A stretch of DNA of 64,000 nt from Squalus acanthias (lineage: Eukaryota): NCBI GenBank assembly GCA_030390025.1, contig CM059431.1:119414001-119478000 (forward strand). The letters run 5' to 3'. Each line of letters starts with the position of its first letter. Position 1 is the stretch's first letter. The position numbers and the translations under genes were made by a program. Positions 12,442 to 24,700 of this stretch are shown here, piece by piece. The notes under the pieces are model-generated. The model worked only from the letters and a program-made list of their open reading frames with translations, made no database searches and was not told the DNA's origin.

Positions 12442-12612
12442 TCAGTCACTCGACACGAGAGATGATGAAGGGAAGAATCAGAAAATGTAAAGATTTGAGG
12501 CACTGGATTCTGAATAAAATGAGGAACCTCAGATCATGGCATGTTCCTACCAGTTACATATGTTAGAAATGTTTGTTGTCCACAATTAATCCAGACTGCC
12601 TGCAGATCAAGA

Positions 12613-13630
12613 GGAGTCACTGCAGTGGTCACTGCTACCAATACTGTCATGGGCAGATGCATCTGTGACAGGTAGATTGGTGAGGATGAGGTCAAGTAGG
12701 TTTTTCCCTCTTGTTGGTTCTCTCACCACCTGTCACAGGCCAAGTCTAGCAGCTATGTCCTTCAGGAGTTGGCCAGCTCGGTCAGTAGTGGTGCTACCGA
12801 GCCACTCTTGGTGATGGACATTGAAGTCCCCCACCCAGAGTACATTATGTGCCCTTGCTACTCTCAGTGCTTCTTCTAAGTGGTGTTCAACATGGAGGAG
12901 TACTGATTCATCAGCTGAGGGAGGACATTAGGTGGTAATCAGCAGGAGGTTTCCTTGCCCATGCTTGATGTGAAGCCATATGCCTTCATGGGGGTCCATA
13001 GTCAATGTTGAGTGCTCCCAGGGCCACTCCCTCCCCACTGTATACCACTGTGCCACCACCTCTGTTGGGTCTGTCCTGCCGGTGGGACGGGACATACCCA
13101 AGGATGTTGATGGAGCATTTGTTGAAAGGTATGATTCTGTGAGTATGACTATGTCAGGTTGTTGGACAGCTCTCCCAATTTTAGCACACATCCCCAGATG
13201 TTAGTGAGGAGGACTTTGCAGGGTCGACTAGGCTGGCTGTGCTTCTGTCGTGTCTGAAGCCAGTGCCTAAGTCGATGCCGGGTGGTCCATCCAGTTTTAT
13301 TACTATTGTTTTTCGTAGCGGTTTGGTACAACTGAGTGGCTTGCTCGGCCATTTCAGAGGGCAGTTAAAAGTCAACCATATTGCTGTGGGTCTGGAGTCA
13401 CATATAGACCAGACTAAGTAAGGATGGCAGATTTCCTTCCCTAAAGAACATTAGTGAACCAAATGGGTCTTTGCGACAATCCGGTTGTTTCATGGTCACC
13501 ATTACTGATATTAGCTTTTTATTCCAGATTTATTTAATTAACTGAATTTAAATTCCCCAGGTGGGATTTGAACTCACATCTCTGGATCATTAGTCTTCTG
13601 GATTACTAGTCCAGTAACATAACCACTACC
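12613..13630 (-). mobile_element. 5' part of a CR1/L2-group LINE: tRNA-like head followed by AP endonuclease sequence
   Basis: B-box GAGTTCAAATCC (minus, ~13564-13575); stem-loop CTGGA-CTAGTAA-TCCAG; downstream ..LLTNIWG..QQPDIVILTESYL.. endonuclease motifs. Confidence 0.75.
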
Positions 13631-13649
13631 TTCTTTCTTTGCAGTATAT

Positions 13650-14298
13650 ATGAGTCCAGCTAGTGGAGAGTTTTCCCCTTGATCCCCATTGACTTCTCTT
13701 TTACTCGAGCTCCTTGGTGCCACACTCAGTCAAATGCTGCCTTGATGTCGAGGGAAGTCACTCTCACCTCACCTGTAGAATTCAGCTCTTTTGCCCATGT
13801 TTGGACCAAGGCTGTAATGAGGTCTGCAGCAGTGTGGTCCTGGCAGAACCCAAACTGAGCATCGGTGAGCAGGTTATTGGTGAGTAAGTGCCACTTCATA
13901 GCATTGTCGATGACACCTTCCATCACTTTACCGATGATTGAATGTAGGCTGATGGGGCAGTAATTGGCCGGATTGTTATTGTCCGGCTTTTCTTAGACAG
14001 GACATAGCTGGGCAATTTTCCACTTGGTCGAGTAGATGCCATTGTTGTAGATGTAGTGGAACAGCTTTGCTTGAGTGCGGCTAGTTCTAGAGCACAGATC
14101 TTCACCTCTGCAGCCGGGATGTTGTCAGGGCCCATAGCTATTGCTTTATCCATTGCATTCAGCCATTTCTTGATATCACGTGGAGTGAATCGAATTGGCT
14201 GAAGATTGGAATTTGTGATGCTGGGGACCTCAGGAGGAGGCCCAGATGAATCATCCATTCAGCACTTCTGGCTGAATGTGGTTGTGAACACTTCTGGT
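13650..14298 (-). mobile_element. CR1/L2-group LINE RT fragment
   Basis: AMGPDNIPA, NNLLTDAQFGF and SLDIKAAFD motifs. Confidence 0.85.
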
Positions 14299-14299
14299 A

Positions 14300-15530
14300 T
14301 GAAAAAAATGACGTGAAATATGACGGAAACAAAAAATTTAAAAAATGAGAGACAAAATGTGCAGAACAGGTTAATAGAAAATAAAAGGCATGTAAAGGAA
14401 ATAGTTAATAGTTAAGTACAATTGAGATGAGAAGACAAAAATAGAAATAGAAAAAGTAGAGAGATGAAAGGGAGAGAAAGAAGGACATGAGCAAAGGAAG
14501 ACAAACAGAAAAAAACATTGAGGTGGTAGTAAGAGAAATAAGGGAAGTGAAACAGGGAAATTGAAGAAATTAAATACAAGGTAAGGAAAAACTAAGAATA
14601 AACAGAAAGATCAAAATGAGAAAGAGACAAATGAATGAGATGAGAAGGAAAGAATTTGAGGATGTGAAAGAAAAATAGAGAATGAGTGTCGAGGAAAATT
14701 ATGAAGAAAGTGAGAGTGATGAGAAGAAATACTGAAATAGAAAAATGTGACAGGAGAGGAAAAGATAAGTAAGCAGAAAGATCTTGAATTTCTGTAGTGC
14801 CTTTCATGACTTCAGGACATCTCAAAGCGCTTTACGGCAATTGAAGTACTTTTGAAGTGAAGTGACTGTTGTAATGTATGAAGCAAGGCAGCCAATTTGA
14901 GAGCGATGCGGAGAGGGAAGGGAAGAGCAGGAATGGAACATGTAAGTAGGAAATGAGGGAGAAAAGGAGAGGAATCAGTTGATGTAAAAGGACAAAAAAG
15001 AGAAAATCAACAAAAGGTAAGTAGAATTACGATGAGCTAAATGGAAATAGAAAAAAAGGGATGAGGTGAGGAAAAAGTAAACAGAAGAAAAATGCCGAGA
15101 AGGAGAAAGAAATGAAATATCAAACTGAAAAATGAGACACAGAGGGAGAATAAAGGCTAAATAAAAACTAGTCATAATGAGGGAAGGAAAAGTTAAGCAG
15201 GTAAGGAGCAGGATGAGAAGGAGAGAAACAGAGAAATAGAAAAATAAGAAATAGAAAAGTTCTGCAGAGGAAAAGCTGAATAGAAAATTAGAAGAATGAG
15301 AAGGAGAGAGAAAAACAGAATAGAAAAATGTAAAAATTTCATAGAGACTAAATCAATAAGTAGACAAATGAGAGCAATGAGAGGATTAGGTCGGTAGGAA
15401 ATAGAAAATATGAAAAGAAGATGAGAAAGAAAGGAAAATACAATATGAGCTGAGAAGGAGGGAAAAAACAATAGAAACGGAGGGAGCTGAGGAGAGGGAA
15501 ATCACAATACAAAAACTAGAGCTGATTTTA
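14300..15530. repeat. Purine-rich (GA) low-complexity tract with a SINE tail fragment at ~14783-14900
   Basis: Strong A/G skew; embedded GCCTTTCATGAC...CAAAGCGCTTTAC...GAAGTACTTTTGAAGTG segment resembles vertebrate SINE 3' regions. Confidence 0.7.
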
Positions 15531-16349
15531 ATCTTTTATAAATAAAACATACCAAATTTACTAATGTTAATGGACAAACAAAGTGCTGCAGATTAATTCT
15601 TTCCTGAGGCTAAAAGAACAGACTGCTGCTGATTGGAGACAAAGAGCTGGGTGACACTTTCAGAATGAGACCTGTATGGCGAGGGCTTGGGTTGGGGTGG
15701 GGAGGAGGGGATGCCCTGTGACCCGAGCAGCTCCTGTAGGGCACTGAGTTCAAAGGGACGATGACCCCAAGGTATATTCCTCCTCCCATGATTCCACTGA
15801 CTTGCCCTCTCCTCATTATAGATGCTGTCTTATTACAAACGTTAAAAAACAAGCACATTCACTATAGTTCCCATTCCATTAACAAACCCAACAATGTGGG
15901 ATCTTAAACATCTTTTGGTGTTACATTTCATACTTCATGTACAGATTGCAAACTTGAGAAATACTTCCCTGTACAAATCTGTTTCATGTAATGATGAAAA
16001 AATTGCATTTACCTACTTGTTGTTCGATGTTTTCATTTCAAATTTACAACTCATCAGCTGTAAATAAGCAGCCTTGAGTTAGTGTAATTGAGTGATCTGA
16101 TTGGTCCATGCAATATGAGCTCAACAGTGATGTCTCAGCTCAGGGCTGCTTCACCTATTTTGTTGAGACAGGTTTTCAACAAGTGTTACTTTAGAAAGTG
16201 ATGTCCATCTGGACATTGTGTTCTGCCCAAGGGCAGGTCCGAACTCAAGTCTCACACACAAGATTCTTGAGCCAGTTACTAGGGAAGAGTAGCTGAGATG
16301 GTTTCTTGTTGCCTTCCTCATGGTTTCTATTTTGTACTACATAGCTCAG

Positions 16350-17730
16350 AATCCCCAGTGTTTCCAGAAATCAGAATCATTCCCCAGTGTTTCCAGAGCC
16401 CAGGACCATTTATACGAACATTAGAACATAAGAATTAGGAGCAGGAGTAGGCCATACACCTCTCGAGCCTGCTCCGCCATTCAATAAGATCATGGCTGAT
16501 CTTTGACCTCAACTCTCCATGTCCCTGATTCCACTAGGGTCCAAAAATCTTTCTATCTCAGCCTTGAATATACTCAATGACTCACAACCTTTTGAGTGAA
16601 GAAATGCCTCCTCATCTCAGTCTTAACTGGTCGACCACTTATCCTGAGACTATGCCCCCTAGTTCTAGACTCTCCAGCAAGGGGAAATAACCTCTCAGCA
16701 TCTACCCTGTCAATCCCTCTCAGAATTTTAGATGTTTCAATGAGATCACCTCTCATTCTTCTAAACTCCAGAGAGTATAGGCCCAATCTACTCAATCTCT
16801 CCTCATAGGACAACCCTCTCATCCCACGAATCAATCTAGGTTGCCAAGTGTTTCCAGAGCCCATAATCATTCCCCAGAGTTTTCAGAATCATTCCCAGTG
16901 TTGCCAGAGCACAGGTTCATTCCACAGTACTGCCAATGCACAGGATCATTCCCCAGTACTGTCAATGCCCAGGAATATTCCCCAGTGCTGCCAGTGTCCA
17001 GGATCATTCCACAGTACTGTCAATGTCCAGGACCATTCCCCAATGCTGCCAATGCCCAGGACCATTCCCCAGTGCTGCCAATACCCAGGATCATTCCCCA
17101 GTGCTGCCAATTCCCAGGATCATTCCCCAGTGCTGCCAGTGCCCAGGATCATTCCCCAGTGCTGCCAATTCCCAGGATCATTCCCCAGTGCCCCCAATTC
17201 CCAGGACCATTCCCCAATGCTCCCAATGCTCAGGGTCATTCCCCAGTGCTGCCAATTTCCAGGATCATTCCCCAGTGCTGCCAATTCCCAGGATCATTCC
17301 CCAGTGCTGCCAATTCTCAGGAGCATTCCCCAGTGCTGCCAATTCCCAGGATCATTCCCCAATGCTGCTGATGCCCAGGAGCATTCCCCAATGCTGCCAA
17401 TTCCCAGGAGCATTCCCCAATGCTGCTGATGCCCAGAACCATTCCCCAGTGTTGCCAATTCCCAGGATCATTCCCCAGTGCCCCAATTCTCAGGAGCATT
17501 CCCCAATGCTGCTGATGCCCAGGATCATTCCCCAGTGCTGCCAATTCCCAGGAGCATTTCCCATTGCTGCCAATTCCCAGGATCATTCCCCAATGCTGCT
17601 GATGCCCAGGATCATTCCCCAGTGCTGCCAATTCCCAGGATCATTCCCCAGTGCTGCCAATGCCCAGGATCATTCCCCATTGCTGCTGATGCCCAGGATC
17701 ATTCCCCATTGCTGCCAATGCCCAGGACTG
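16350..17730 (+). repeat. 29-bp minisatellite, copy B array, split by a CR1
   Basis: Same unit as 385-2518; main array 16841-17730. Confidence 0.93.
16411..16838 (-). mobile_element. CR1 LINE 3' fragment
   Basis: ..GLSYEERLSRLGLYSLEFRRMRGDLIE..RHFFTQKVV..; 3' UTR and short repeat tail; absent from copy A. Confidence 0.9.
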
Positions 17731-18135
17731 CCCCTATTGCTACCAAAGTGCAGAGCTGTCCTCAAGTTCGACTACACCTCATTCCCTCTCTCCAGTATTG
17801 ACAAATACCAGATTTCTACCTCCAACTGGTGTATTATTGCATACCATCTCGCTGTGTATTCTCAGCTTTAGAAATAGTTTGAAATTAAACTTAAATATAT
17901 AGGTAAATTTATATATATAGGGCGCTCATTTATAGTTTTCATAGAATAATGAACAGAGTTGTAAAATTAAATCCCCAAAGCACCAATAAAAAATATAGAT
18001 TTCACATTCTGTCACAGTAAATCAGTGACCCAGATGTTATCTCCTATATGATATAAAACACCTATTTTTATAAAACAGTGAATCCACTGACTCACCATGA
18101 GCAATGCTAGGGGAGATCTACTAGGAAATTTTAAA

Positions 18136-20684
18136 GGGAGCAAAATTGGATAGCCCCCGAAAACGGCATGGGGCTTGTGATGCGTGATTACCCCACGCTT
18201 GTTCAATGTGATGCAGGCAGCATGCCAACTTCGTGATGCCTTCTCATTACCATGATTGTAGCATATAGCCAGCACTAACCATGCTGTAGAATGGCTGCAT
18301 GCCTCAGCAAGGGGTCCAGAATTGTGAGAGGCTAGCACAAGTTAAAGCTAGCCTGCACCTCTTAAGGGGGCAATGCATTGTGGCTGGAGCAGGTGCTGGA
18401 AGTCCTTGTACAAGTCACTCTGATGTGTACAAAGACGGAATAATGGCACAACATGGGAGCGAGCGTGCTCCAAGGTTCTCGGACACCACACTGGAGGCCT
18501 TGGGTGAGGAGGTGGAAAGGAGGAGTGAATTGGCCTATCCACAGGAGGCAAGGAGGCTCTCCAGACAAACGCTCATAAGTGGGAGTAGCAGTGGCTCCGT
18601 GGAGCACGAAGTTGCTGTCCTCTCTCAGGAGGACAGCTTTCGTCCTCCCACCGCTGTCACTCCACCAGTGCCCTTGCTGTTGCCTGTCAGCCAGCCAGCC
18701 CAGACTGCTGCTACCCATGCCGAGATGGTGCAGCCCACAGCTGGGCCTTCTAGTCCCAGAGCTGCTCCAGATTGTCCTGCAAGGCCATCTGCAAACACCC
18801 CCACTGAAAGTCAGCAGTCTTCCACCAGCCATGCTGCAGCGCTGCAGAGGAGCACTAGGACAGGCAAAGGCACATGGAAGACAGGCACTAAGGGAATGTA
18901 CAAGGGTGATTAATTTACATTTGAATGCAATATGGCATAATTTGATTTGGAATGTTTCTTTTGTGGAGGCTTTTATTTTTGCATTGTGGCCAAGTGGAAG
19001 CTGTGATGGTCAGTCACAGAGTGAAGTTGGTGAATGGGGAATTGGGGTTGCATTTACTGGTATCGCATTCAAATGAGTTCTTTACTGACAGCCTCTGGGC
19101 CTGTCTAAGTTACCTCCTCTCTTCCTCTTCCTCCTCCCTCTCCTCCTCCTCCTGTTACTCCTCCTCCTGCTCCTCCTCCTCAGCTGCTCACCGTATAGCC
19201 GGTGGCAAGGGCTATGCCCTCATGATGGCGAGGTTGTGAAGCATGCATCAGACCACCACAAATTTTGACACCCTCTCTGCTGAGTACCGCAGGACTCCTC
19301 CAGAGCGGTCCAAGCAGTGGAAGCATTGTTTCAGCACGCCAATGGTGTACTCTAGCATATTTTGTGTGACAGCTGGACCTTCATTGTATGCATGCTGCCC
19401 ACGAGAGTGTGGGTTGCGCATCCGGAGTTATGAGTCATGGCATCAGTGAATAGCCCTTGTCACCAAATAGCCACTCTTTGGTTTGTCAAATGCATCTGGG
19501 ACAATAGACTGCCACAGAATGAAGGCAGCATGACTGCTGCCAGGATACCAGGCATTGACTTGCATGACTCACTGCCTATAGTTGCACACCAGCTGGTTGT
19601 TGAGGGAATGGAATCCCTTTCGGTTGGGTTACATCTCAAAGTTGACATGGGGCACCCGCAAAGCGACGTGTGTGCAGTCAATGGCACCCTGAAGCGTGGA
19701 GAATCCTGCAATCCTTGCGAAGCCATGTGCTCACGCCACCTGCTGCTCTCTGGCAAGAGAGAATGAAATGTAGTCAGCTCTCTTTGAATACAGAGCCTCA
19801 GTGACCTCCCTTATGCAACAGTGGATGGCAAACTGTGACATGTTGCAAATATTTCCAGCTCCAGCCTGGAAGGAGCCAGATGCATAAAAATTTATCGCCA
19901 CGGTCACCTTTACAGCCACTGGCAATGCAATCCTCGCCCTGCTCTGAGGTTGCAGTTGTGGCTGCAGCAGGTGGTAGATTTCAGAGAGGACATCCTTACT
20001 GAAGAGCAGATGCCTCACACATGGTTCTTCGATGAGGTTCAGGTAGGAGAATTGCTCCCTAAACACCCTGGGTGGATATGGCCTCCTACTGAGAGCCCTT
20101 CTCCCCCTCCAACTCCTCCCTCTTCCAGCAGCTTGTCCTGCTCTGTGTGGCCTCTGTTCATTATCCTAGTCATGCTGTATTACAAGGGGAATTCCTACTA
20201 GTGCATCCATGTCTGGGAGCAACTGCTTTGTGCAGAAGCCTTGAAGTCAGGCCATAATCCTTCAGCACCTGCCATACCACTCCCTGCAGACTTGAGAAAA
20301 TGTAAAGAACTCTATAAAGCACCAAACACTTGTCCAATCGTAGCAACAGCTGGTAGAAATCAATCAGCAATTAACCTGAAAGTAGTTGATGATCCCTTTT
20401 AATAGTGCTGGTGGGGGGTCCTTCCTGCTGCTGAATGCGTGTTCAGCTGTGCGAGCTTAAGAGAGGGCGTTAGCTGGAGCACTAAGCTCCAAAATGGGAG
20501 CATTGCATGCTGATTGGCGTCATGATTTGTCTACGCTGCATACTTCTGGTGGACGTTCACTGCACGCACGCTAATTCCCTCACCAATATGCCATATGGCA
20601 TGACTCGCACCAGAAGTATGCGCACGCGCCGCTGGCACCATTTTGGATCAAAAAACTGGCGCTATGGATCCAAATTTTGCACCC
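18136..20684. mobile_element. Internally deleted Harbinger transposon (Myb-like ORF + at 18443-18913; transposase remnant - at ~19060-20210)
   Basis: TIRs GGGAGCAAAATTGGA / TCCAAATTTTGCACCC; TSD AAA/AAT; empty site at ~2920; RAPRFSDTTLEALGEEVERR and ALPVAVKVTVAINFYASGSFQ motifs. Confidence 0.9.
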
Positions 20685-21171
20685 AATCTATTTCACACAC
20701 ACTTTCTGCAGTGGCACCAGTGGCAGGTTGGTGCAATTACAGTGTGACAAGTTTATATAGGTAGTTTCCCAACTAACGTAGACATTGGAATTTTTAATGG
20801 GAATATAAAAATAAGGGCAGAATATATTACTTTAAAATTGAACTGAATTCTGTCTGCATTCCTTGTCCAATTAACGCACAGGCTCTCATGTGGTTCAACC
20901 TGAAGACTACAGTTGGTCTTGACTCCCCATTTTTAATGCCATGGGCGATCAACTAAGATATATTATCTGGACTTGGAAGTAGAGGAGTGATTATCAAAGT
21001 TTGTGGAAGATACTAAACTGGATGCAGCAGCAAAGTGCCTGGAAGAGTGCAAGATACTACAGGAGGACACAAACCGGCTAGGAGAAAGAGAAGATATTAA
21101 ACAGATGCAGTTTTGTATGGAATAATATGAGGAAAAATATGAGAACAAGAGTAAAGAATAAAGTAACGTAC

Positions 21172-21275
21172 AAAAGCAAAATACTGCGGATGCTGGAGAT
21201 CTGAAATAAAAACAGAAAATGCTGGAAATACTCAGCAGGTTGACCTGCTGAGTATTTCCAGCATTTTCTGTTTGT
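21172..21275. mobile_element. Fold-back Penelope-like terminus (family 2) with a perfect 31-bp hairpin
   Basis: 21210-21240 is the exact reverse complement of 21243-21273; 14-bp TSD with 2 mismatches; empty site at ~3377. Confidence 0.85.
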
Positions 21276-22057
21276 ATAAAGAAATGTACCTTAAGTGATG
21301 AATTTCACAATCATTGGGGAAGCAAAGTGATTTAGATGTGAAAATGCATAATCCTTAAAAGTGGGTGGGCTGCTTAAAATAAATATCAGAATGCAACTAA
21401 GATTTTGGGGTTAATGACAAATTAGATTGAATATAAAAGTAAAGAGGTCATGATGATTCTGTGTAAAGTGATGATTAGATCACATCTGGATTGCTGTGTG
21501 TTGTTCTGGGCTCCTAAGTATAGGAGGGATATAATATGGAGAAAGTGCAATACCAAACTACCAGGATGATATCGGGCAGATAGGATCCGAGTTAAAACTG
21601 AAAGCTAATGCGATAAGGGCTGTAAGATAAATTATCATGGCTCTAACCCATGGTTCGATTATTATACGCTCCCACTGCCAAGATTTTTTGTTATGCACTG
21701 ACTGCATGTAAGGCCTTGCAAAAGTTACTCTGTGCTCTCAAACTGAGAAGATTGAGCAGGGATATGATAGAGGTGTTCAAAATAATAAAAGGGATGACAA
21801 GGTAAACACAGATAAATTATTTCCATTGGTAGGTAAATTGGGCGGATGCCTAAAACAGGTTTTAGGCCCCTTAAATAGGTAAATTAGGAGCCCAATGCCT
21901 GTGAAGAGCCCATTGCTGAAATTAGTCACTGATGAGCGGGGTAGGCATTGGGCCAATGAAAGGTAATTAAAAAAAAAAATCATTACTCTGGTGCCAGGAG
22001 GAGCAGGAATGCTCCTCCGACTCCACAGGAGTTGCGATCATTCCCCCCGCCACCCGC

Positions 22058-23125
22058 AACTGGAGAGTATTCCATCACACTCCTGACTTGTGCCTTGTAG
22101 ATGGTGGAAAGGCTTTGGGGAGTCAGGAGGTGAGACACTCGCTGCAGAATACCCAGCCTCTGACCTGCCCTTGTAGCCACAGTATTTATGTGGCTGGTCC
22201 AGTTAAGTTTCTGACCAATGGTGACCCCCAGGATGTGGATGCTGGGGGATTTGGCGATGGTAAAGCCATTGAATGTCAAATGGTGGTAGGTATACTCTTG
22301 TTGGAGATGGTTATTGCCTGACACTTGCGTGGCGCGAATATTACTCGCCACTTATCAGCCCAAGCCTGAATGTCGTCCAGGTCTTGTTGCATCTGGTCAA
22401 AGACTGCTTCATTGTCTGAGGAGTTGTGAATGGAACTGAACACTCTGCAATCATTAGCGTACATCCCCACTTCTGACTAATAATGGAAGGTAGGTCTTTG
22501 ATGAAGCAGTTGAAGATGGTTGGGCCTAGGATACTGGTCTAAGGAACTCCTGCAGCGATATCCTGGGGCTGAGATGATTGGCCTCCAACAACCACAACCA
22601 TCTTCCTTTTTACAAGGTATGTCTCCAGCCAGTGGAAAGTTTTCCCCTGATTCCCATTGACTTCAAGTTTACTGGGGCTCCTTAATGCCACACTTGGTCA
22701 AATGCTGCCTTGATGTCATGGGCAGTCACTCTCACCTCACCTCTGGAATTCAGCTCCTTTGTCTATGTTTGGACCAAGGCTGTAATGAGATCTGGAGACG
22801 AGTGGTCCTACCAGAATCCAAACTGAGCATCAGTGAGCAGATTATTGGTGAGTAATTGCTGCTTGATAGCACTGTTTGCGACACCTTGCATCACTTTGCT
22901 GATGATTGAGAGTAGGCTGATGGGGCGATAATGGGCCACAATGGATTTGTCCTGCTTTTTGTGGACAGAACATACCTGAGCAATTTTCCTCATTGTCAGT
23001 TAGATGCCAGTGTTGTAGCTGTGCTCAAACAGCTTGGCTAGAGGCACGGCTAGTTCTGGAACATAAGTCTTCAGCACTACAGCCGGGATGTTATCAGGGC
23101 CCATAGACTTTGCTGTATCCAGCGC
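22058..23125 (-). mobile_element. CR1/L2-group LINE RT fragment (same family as 13650-14298)
   Basis: HYRPISLLSIISKV, DAQFGF, MYAND and LSTIYKAQVRSVMEYS motifs. Confidence 0.88.
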
Positions 23126-23126
23126 G

Positions 23127-24700
23127 TAGCCAAAAAAGTAAGCAGGTCTCTTTAGGCTCTATTGACTAAAGTACCTCACTCTCCTCCTTTAAGACACTCC
23201 TTAAAGCCTACCTCTGTGACCAAGTTTTTGGTCATTTGTACTAATAGCTCCTTATGTGGCTCGGTGTCAAATTTTATTTGATAACGCTCTTGTGAAACGC
23301 CTTGGGATGTTTTACTGCGTTAAAGGCGCTATATAAATGCAAATTGTTGTTGTACTAATAACACCATCATTTGGAATCATTTCCATTAAAGCTTTCAGCT
23401 TTGGAGAGACATCAAATGGCCCCTTTGCAGAATAAATGAAGGCGATAACATTTGGAAAAGAATAAATTAAGAAGTTTCTGGAATCAGGAACATGCAGTAG
23501 CCAAAAAGCAAGCAGGTCTCCTTCGGCTCTATTAACTGATGTACCGCGCGCTCCTCCTTTAAGAGATTCCTTAAAACCTAGCTCTTTGACCAAGTTATTG
23601 GTCATCTGTCCGAGTATTTCCTTATGTGGCTCGGTGTCATTTTATATGATAACGCTCCTGTGAAGCGCATTGGGTCATTTTACTACGTTAAAGGCGCTAT
23701 ATAAAGGCGCTAAAATGCAAGTTGTTGTTGTAGTAGTGATAACTCCATCATTTGGAATCATTTCCATGAAAGCCTCCAGCCTTGGGTGTGGCAAATGGAA
23801 TTTAACCCTGAAAAGTGTGAGGTGATGCATTTTGGGAGGACTAACAAGGCAAGGGAATACACAATGAATGGTAGGACCCTAGGAAGGAGAGAGAATCAGA
23901 GGGACCTTGGTGTGCATGTGCATAGATCCCTGAAGGCAGCAGGACAGGTGGATAAGGTGGTTAAAAGGGCATGTGGGATACTTGCCTTCATTAGCCGAGG
24001 TATAGAGTGTTGGAGCCGGGAGGTTATGATGGAGCTGTACAAAACGCTAGTTAGGCCACGGCTGGAGTGCTGTGTGCAGTTCTGGTCGCCACACTATAGG
24101 AGGGATGTGATTGCGTTGGGGGGGTGCAGGAGAGGTTCACCGGGATGTTACCTGGTTTGCAGTGCTTCAGCTATGAAGAGGGACTGGACAGGCTGGGGTT
24201 GTTTTCCTTGGAGCAGAGAGGGCTGAGGGGGGACCTGATTGAGGTGTACAAAATTGTGAGGGGCATAGATAGGGTAGATGGAAATGAACTTTTCCCCTTA
24301 GTAGAGGGGTCGATAACAAGGGGGCATAGTTTCAAGGTGAGGGGCAGGAGATTTAGAGGGGATTTGAGGAGGAGCTTTTTCACCCAGAGGGTGGTTGGAA
24401 TCTGGAACTCACTGCCTGAAAGGGTGGTAGAGGCAGGAACCCTCACAACATTCAAGAAGCATTTAGATGAGCACTTGAAATGCCTTAGCATACAAGGCTA
24501 CGGAGCAAGTGCTGGAAAATGGGATTAGAATAGACAGGGCTTGATGGCCGGCGCGGACACGATGGGCTGAAGGGCCTCTTTCTGTGCTGTATAACTCTAT
24601 GACTCTATGAATCTATGACATTAGATGGCAATTTTGCAGAATAAATGAAGGCGCTAACATTTAAAAAAATTGCTATCACTAGAGAATAAGTTAAGAAGTT
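23127..24700 (+). repeat. ~370-bp tandem duplication containing an L2-type 3' tail; second copy split by a CR1
   Basis: Units start TAGCCAAAAA..AAGCAGGTCTC at ~23128 and ~23498; the second resumes at ~24618. Confidence 0.8.
23785..24617 (+). mobile_element. CR1 LINE 3' fragment
   Basis: WQMEFNPEKCEVMHFG..LVRPRLECCVQFWSP..FFTQRVVGIWNSLP; (ACTCTATG)n tail. Confidence 0.93.

Noticed and set aside
13561..13630. Functional tRNA gene
   Set aside because: The 5' acceptor stem is missing, the spacer before the B-box is too long, and it continues into a retroelement body.
14592..15471. Hydrophobic Phe/Leu/Ser-rich ORFs as membrane proteins
   Set aside because: Artefact of translating the reverse strand of a GA-rich low-complexity tract.
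385..17730. 29-bp repeats as a CRISPR array
   Set aside because: Units are head-to-tail with no unique spacers, there are no cas genes, and the context is eukaryotic.
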